Part shown: positions 56,910 to 64,000 of the stretch, one piece after another
How the letters are laid out: each line of letters opens with the position of its first letter
Numbering within the stretch: the stretch's first letter is position 1
Assembly: GCA_964016885.1 (NCBI GenBank)
Contig: OZ024742.1
Location: forward strand, 156,364,001-156,428,000
Origin: Eledone cirrhosa
Taxonomy: Eukaryota
Reading direction: 5' to 3'
DNA: 64,000 nt
Made by a program: the position numbers and the translations under genes
The notes under the pieces: model-generated
Told to the model about the DNA's origin: nothing
What the model saw: the letters and a program-made list of their open reading frames with translations, nothing else
The model's database searches: none

Positions 56910-56957
56910 ACAATTACCGGTTTCGATGTATTATTCAAATCCGTCTTATCAAATGTT
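56910..56957 (-). ncRNA. Hammerhead motif (U3-A8 variant), partly decayed
   Basis: AACAT-TTGATAA-[GACGGATT TGAAT AATACATC]-GAAA-CCGG-TA-ATTGT; palindromic ACCGGT. Confidence 0.65.
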
Positions 56958-57315
56958 GAGTATTGAAATAAAAAATTAAAAAGAATGAATAGGAGTTAAA
57001 AGCTGAAAATTAAACATTTAAAATTAAAATCAAATGTTGTAGTAGGTTTTTTTCCACCTTTCTTGCTCAAAATTTAGCTTGAGAATGAGATCTTGTTAAT
57101 AGAGAGGTGGTAATGAAGATAGCAGCAGCTGTGTTTCTTCACAGAACAAATTTGTTTTTTGGAAACACCCTGTAAATATGTGCGTGCATATGTGATTGTG
57201 TTAATTGTTGGGTCAAGAGTTCAAAAGGAGATGGGGAATTGTAAGCTAGAGGTAGGTTCAATGGCAGCAGAAGGAGTGTAGAGAAATTATATTATTGGAA
57301 TATGGTTTTAGGGAG

Positions 57316-57349
<34 letters not shown>

Positions 57350-57352
<3 letters not shown>

Positions 57353-57770
57353 GGAAAAAATGAAACGAAATTTCATTTCCCACTCTTAGTACGGTTGTTA
57401 CTTAAATATAAGTATCGTTTTCGGTGCACCCGGCCGATTAACCCACTCGATATGCAAATTGGGCTACTCAGCCGTTAATATGCATAAGGTAAGTATATAC
57501 GTTCAACTATCTGGCAGGAAGGTATACGTTGCTGACGATAGCTAATAAGCTTGAAACTAGTACAGCGTTCCTTTGTCAGTGTTGAACAAACGAGCAACGA
57601 TGGTTGCTAGACACTACGGCTTAATACGGAATGTTTGTTTACAAACACACCGAGCATTATAATAAATATTGGGTGAATCCATACGTACATATGTATAGGT
57701 GTGCATGTATGTATATATATATACATAGTACTGTACGTCTGTATACATATATGTATGTACGTGTACATAC
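57350..57770 (+). mobile_element. Family B unit with inverted 5' segment and intact hammerhead at 57526-57568
   Basis: ACGTTG-CTGACGA-TAGC-TAATAA-GCTT-GAAA-CTAG-TA-CAGCGT. 57350-57413 is family B sequence in reverse. Confidence 0.9.
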
Positions 57771-57792
57771 TTTTATATATATATATATATAT

Positions 57793-57861
<69 letters not shown>

Positions 57862-58469
57862 TATATATGTAGTGTGAGAGTGTATATATAACAATACACA
57901 CATGTGTGTGTGGGAAGGGGGGCTTGTGATGTGTGTGTTTTTCAGCCTGTCTGTCAAAGTTCCCTTTGCGATGGGAAAGTTAAAAAAAGATTTTCTTCGA
58001 AATTGAAAAAAAATGTTTCCAAAACTTAAAAATTCCTTCACAATTGTGTGTGTGTGTGTGGGGGGGGGGAGTGTGTTTATATTTATGTCGGTCACAGGTC
58101 GCCTTGTGGAGGTATATTAAAAGAATCTTCAACATTTAAAAAAATTCAGAAAGTTTTCAAAAAATTAAGAACTCTAAAGAAAAAAAAATTTTTTTTCAAA
58201 ATCCTAATGATTCTCAAAATCTGAAAGTCTTTAGAAAGAAAAAGAATCTTTAAAAAGAAGCCAGAGTAGAGTATCAGTAGTGGCTCTCGGACAGTAACTT
58301 TTGGAATTAGTAATTTTTTCTTTCTTATTTTGTGGTTTGTGTGTGTTTTTCAGCCTGTTTATCACAGGACCCTTTTTCGTGGGAAATAAAAAAAAAGTTC
58401 CCAGAATTTCAGAAAATTGTCAAAAACTAAAAATGATTTTGCAGTGTGTGCGTGGTATAATGTGGGTGA

Positions 58470-61240
58470 TTACATATTTAGTTTGGGTTTGAATTTGTTA
58501 ATAAATAGTTTTTCCTTATTTATTCTTTGTTGTTGAGGGAATGAATCGGAGCACTTGTAAAGGGGGAAGATTTTAAAATGGGGTAGATGTGTTATTGCAC
58601 AATCTGTAATATGGCTACTTAAGGGGATTTTCCTTGTGTTTACGTCTCGGATTTGTTGTCGATGGTTGGTCATTATTTTGCGTAATGGCACCCTCGTATG
58701 TCATACATAGTTATGTCGACAGCCACCGCATGTGATTACATAGATCAGGTTCTCCGAGTTGTAAGTGAAGTTGTTTTTAACTGTGAAAGTTTGGCCGTCT
58801 TTAAACGTGAATTTATGTCCTTCAGTTAAGTATAGGCATGTTCCACAGTTTGTTTTTCCGCATTTTGTTACCGTAAGGCTGGACATAAGTTTGTGTATTT
58901 TTGTTGCAGTGCGAATGTGTGTTAGTGATTTTAGTTGCCTTTTGCTTTTGATGCTCTTGTGTGTATCTAGCATTTTTTTCATTTTTTCATCTTTAAATAT
59001 AATGGGGAGGTTTCTGTGTAGGAGGTAAAACATTTCGGTGTTTCTGGGATTGAACGTGGATACATATGGTAAGGTATTGTTTGTGGACTGTACTTTGGGT
59101 TGTTGGGTTGATGTAAATTTGCGTGTTTTGCTTTGTCTATTCCGTTATTATTATCAAGTGGGAAGGCTCTTAATGTAAGTGTGTTTTTTTAGTTCATTTA
59201 GTCTTTGTTCCCGTTTGGCTGGGTCTGATACTATGGTGCATATACGTTTGGCCAAATTAAAAGGAATGTTAAGTTGTGTATGTTTTGGGTGATTTGATGT
59301 GAATAGGAGGTACTGTTTGGAGTCCGTGGGTTTATAGAAAATGTCTGTTTCTATTTTCCCATCTGTTTTTAGAATGAGAATATGTGTGAATTGTATATTA
59401 TTGTTAATGTTGTTAAACATATTTTTGAAAAGAATGAGTGTATTCATGTCTTCCTGCCATAGTATGAAGCAATCATCTAGGTATCTCTTCCAATTATTTT
59501 TGAGATGTGTAAGGAAACAGTTTCCGAATAATAGAAGGGATTAGTTGTAGATTTGTTGTTCGTGGAATCCCATGACAAAGTTGGCGTATGTGGGGGCTAC
59601 CTTTGTGAACATTGCAGTCCCTGATATTTGTCGGTATGCTGAGTCATTGAAAGTAAAGGATTTATTCTGTAAGATAAATCGGAGTCCATCAATAATGAAG
59701 TTTTTCTGGATGTGTGTTGGTATTTCAGATTGGTGAGTGTCTGGCCAAAACTGGATTGCTGTTATTCCATAATTATGGGGTTTGTTAGTGTTGAGTTTTA
59801 CTACGTCAAAGGAGACAAGAATAATGTTTTCACTTACTGTTTGGGGTAGGTGGTTCGGCATATCAAGGTAATCCCTTATGTAGTTCTGAATATGTTTTAG
59901 TAGGGGCTTTAGTAGGATGTCCAGGAAGTTTCTAAGTCTGTGGGTTTCACATGCAGGGCCTGCTATAATTGGTCTGAGTTTTAAGTCTTCTGGTGATGTT
60001 AATTATATGTATTTGTTAGGCGAAGTGTCACGTGCATTGCTTATGAGTTTACATTTATGTATCTTCGGTAAGCCGTAGAAAGCACTTGTATTATATTTGG
60101 TAAGCCGTAGAAAGCACTTGTATTATATTTGAAATGGCGGTGGATTGGCAGTATCGGTAGAGGGTCAGACACCATGCTTTCCAGCATAGTTACGTCCCTT
60201 TACGATCTGAGTTCAAATCCCGCCGAGGTTGACTTTGCCTTTCATCCTTACGAGGTCGATACAATAAAGTACCAGTAATGCACTGGGATAATTGATGGCC
60301 TTGTGCCAAAAGTAGAAACAATTATATTTGAAATGGCTTATGTATTCAAATTATTTTGTGGTTAGGCTACTTCGGTATTTTTGTAGTAATGCTAGGAGGT
60401 TCCCCATTGTTTTAGTTTGTCTGGAGTTTACTGTTTTTCCGTAGTACTTATTCTGAGATTTTGAGTGCCAGGTCTCTATAGTAGTCAGTGTCCATACTGA
60501 CTACAGTGCTCCCTTTATCGGCTTCTTTGATGGTTATTTCAGTGTTGTTTCGCAGTGTGAATAATTCTTACCATTCGTGTTTGGAGAGGTTCGATTTCGT
60601 GTGTCTTTGTAATTTGTTCATAGGGAAAGTTGATGGTGCTTTCACAGTAGGTGTCCAGTGTTGTGTTCCACCCTTTATGTGGGCAGAATTCACTTTTGTT
60701 TCTGACTATTGATTCGTCTTCAGTGTTGGTGTCATTGGAGAAGTATTCTATTAGTCTGAGTGTTCGGCAGAATTCCATGATGTCATCTTTCATTTCCGGG
60801 AAGTTAAATTTTTTGTGTGGGTGTAAATTACAGTCTCTAACTTGAAAGGTTAATTATCTTCGCCTCTTCATGAGTGGGGGCCATCGGATGTCCTGGTATT
60901 TCAGTCTTGTTCCTAAAAAGGGAATATTGTTTTGGTTGTAACTATAGTCTGCTTGTCTGTTTTGTATGGGTCTGTAGTTTGTTTTTTCATGAGAGTTAAT
61001 GTGGTGATGAGAGTGCTGTCTGTTGTAGTTTTTATTGTGTAAGGGTTCTGTTATGGGTTTATGTGGTCTGGGTGTGTTCCTTCTGGGATGCATAGTGTTG
61101 ATGTTGTGGGGGTTTGATTTTGTAGTGTTGGGGGTGATAACTGTTGTAGTTGTTAATGTGGAAAGGTTTTGCTGGGATTTCCTGTGGTCTGTGTGGGTTT
61201 CTTCTGGGGTGTTTATATATACATTTGTGTGCATGTGCCT
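58470..61240 (-). mobile_element. Neptune-like PLE, degenerate, interrupted by a SINE
   Basis: FCRTLRLIEYF, FDVVKLNTN, GTAMFTKVAPTYAN, WKRYLDD, FYKPTDSKQYL, CGKTNCGTC, LIYVITC, FINKFKPKLN; collinear with the 50608 ORF. Confidence 0.93.
60139..60320 (+). mobile_element. SINE nested in PLE, 17-bp target-site duplication
   Basis: ATTATATTTGAAATGGC at 60122-60138 and 60321-60337. Confidence 0.93.
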
Positions 61241-61709
61241 GTGTGTCTCTATGTGCGTATGTATACATTATCAATTTTAGAATAATCCAGCAAATTTAGC
61301 TAGTGAATTAGATGATTTAAGTCTTCAACGTATTTCACTAGTACTATATTTAATCTAATTCAGAATAATGAAAGTTAAGTTGTCGGAGGCTGATTTTGAA
61401 CTCCAAGCTCTCAAGGTCAGGAAAATGTACCACAATAAATGTTCCTTTTTTTCTGAGTATGTGATGGTGTTGGTGGGGTCGGGCTATTTTTTGCCGTTTC
61501 TCTCATTTGTATATAGCCGATATAAACACAACCAACCATAATCATCATCGTCATTATTTTTCGTCTTCAACATGATCATGACCATCCTTATCCTCCTCAA
61601 TCGATTCATCATCATCATCATCATCATCTTCATCGTCATCATAATGTCCCAGCCTTTATAATGTTTCTTTCGGTTTTTGTTTATTTTTCATATTTTCGTT
61701 TTTCCCTCC

Positions 61710-61745
61710 TCCCCCTCCTCCTCCTCATCATCATCATCACCATCA

Positions 61746-61795
<50 letters not shown>
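61710..61795. repeat. (CCT)n(CAT)n(CTA)n compound microsatellite
   Basis: Directly visible. Confidence 0.95.
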
Positions 61796-61796
<1 letters not shown>

Positions 61797-62306
61797 CTTT
61801 TATCTTAATTTTATCTTTTGTGGCTGCTTCACCCTCCTATTTATTACTTCTCTCTTAATATTCCCTACTGTTACATACAGTCACTATGTCCCTTGTCCTT
61901 GTCCCAGATAATATTTCCTTTAGTATTAATTTTATTGGTTTTCTCCTTCATTATGGTTTTCTCGTTCTGGAATTAACTCTTTGACACTTATCATATATCT
62001 ATTGCTTTTTAGCGAGATTCGTAACCATCTCTCGGCTGTGTTTAAATTAGTCAACAATAAAATACTTGAACATATCAAACAACACCAAAAAAGCTTCTTG
62101 CTTCAGTTTAGATTTATCATAAATTTCTATTAACTGGCAACATGATAATAGCAGCATTTTTTTTTTCTTCAGAGATGAAAATATTGAAATTAATAGAGAT
62201 AAAAAAAAGTATTAACGCCAAAAACAATATAGTATCAATGCAGTTCTGATTGGATATTTACGTGAGACGTTAAAAGATTTTACCGAAGTAGACAAACACA
62301 CACCCA

Positions 62307-62370
<64 letters not shown>

Positions 62371-64000
62371 CATTTCAATTTCATCTTAATATGAAAAATG
62401 TTGGCAAGATATCCATTGAAGTAATAACTGTAGTCTGTCTAATTTCCAATGTTACATTTTTAAACTATATCTTCAGATCGTGCACTAGCATTCCCTAGAG
62501 ATGTTCTTTATCTATTTCTAGGTATAGAATACGAACCCTCACAAATGTAGTTTATGTTTTCTGTAAATAATAGTATTTCACATGTTTTGTGTTTGACGTG
62601 TATTTGTAAGTTATTTTTGATGAATTAGAATGTTGATTTCAGACACGAAATTGAAATAATTTTATATTTAATAAAAAATAAAGCAAAAAAGAAAATTATG
62701 TATAAAACATTAGTATATGGGACCTTTCATTGAAACAAATATCGTCTATTTGTTAATGTGTGTACGTAGTTTAATGAATGTACTTAGTGAAATTACTGGT
62801 ACATATTTTGTGAAATACCACACGACTGAATGTCTGAGTCTTTATCAGCGGAAGAAAACTTCTCACAATTAGACATGATTTCAGATAATAAATAATCATT
62901 AATCCATAGTTGTGTAGATGTGTGTCATAAGATCAAGGATCCATAGACGAGAAATGAGTTTTCGACCAGCAAGTCATATTACTGTGTGACCATTTAGATT
63001 ATAAACTGTGGGACATTGTAAATATATGACTAAGCAATATAGAAAACGTATAGCACAATGATTATGATTAGACAAAATACATTCTCTACTCAAAATAAAA
63101 AATCTATCGATGATGCGTATTTCGGGTAATCATCAATATATTTTAGCTATGCTTATGGTTGGAGAAATATAACAACACGGAAGATAGCTACGATAACGCA
63201 ATCTGCAGATTACAATTTGATGATAGTGAGGTAATATATAACTTTCTTACACAAAAGGGAAAGTATATTGCGCAACATCTTTGAATTGTCTGGTATATGT
63301 TCCTTTCTCTGTATCATTGGTGAAAAATAGGGCAACAGGAAATATAATCGGATGCGGTCATGACTAGTTGGATCGTTATGGTTACATGCAGTAATATATG
63401 TTCTGTTATGTGATTCTTTCCCTAGCTTTTAGGCTACATATGTCCTCATGAATAATATAATGTTATCATGTATATTTGAATATTATAAAACAAAGCCTCA
63501 TTATAAAAATGTATGTATTTGCGTTATCGGTTAGATCGACAGAAATTAAATAGAAAACAAGGCATTAAATCAATTAAATTAACCAAATTTATACATATTG
63601 CATGATGCTGCTTTCAAAATGGAAAATATTTACATTATATAGATATTTATGCAGATAATCGTCACTTTAAATGCAATGATACATTATTCAATGTTATTAT
63701 GCATATTTTTTTTTCAAATTATACTATAACTTCAATGACTTCGATTATTAGATATCTATATAACTGAATTCGGAGAAAAACAAAATAGATCTATCCAATT
63801 AATGCAGATATATTTATTCATATTATTAATGTTGCTGGCGACATTATTGTCATCAGTTTTATATATTTTGCCATTAAATCTGGAATGGATATAAGATTTA
63901 AACTCTCATTCTCTCTTGATATAAAAAATTGTAACATCTAACAACGCACATAACAACCCTGGAATACAATATAGGAAACAATAAAGCGCATCCTAACACG

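Overview
AT-rich, microsatellite-laden eukaryotic DNA. The repeat content suggests an invertebrate, probably a cephalopod such as an octopus (inference). I can support no host protein-coding gene; the many [12 protein letters not shown] ORFs are translated (TA)n/(GT)n repeats. The window is a retroelement graveyard: seven Penelope-like elements (PLEs), one with an open 729-aa RT+GIY-YIG ORF; RTE, CRE-like and R4/Dong-like LINE remnants; a Helitron helicase fragment; and ten copies of a tRNA-derived Meta-domain SINE. The main hidden signal is RNA structure. Folding by eye gives hammerhead ribozyme (HHR) motifs from at least 11 different sequence families. Some lie in PLE terminal repeats. Others lie in three non-coding tandem-repeat families (about 430-465, 616 and 617 bp units) that look like non-autonomous retrozymes. 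The 616-bp family carries an unusually large U3-A8 variant hammerhead whose helices covary across three diverged loci. A degenerate HDV-like ribozyme fold marks the 5' end of an RTE LINE. All folds and alignments were done by eye, and element boundaries are approximate.
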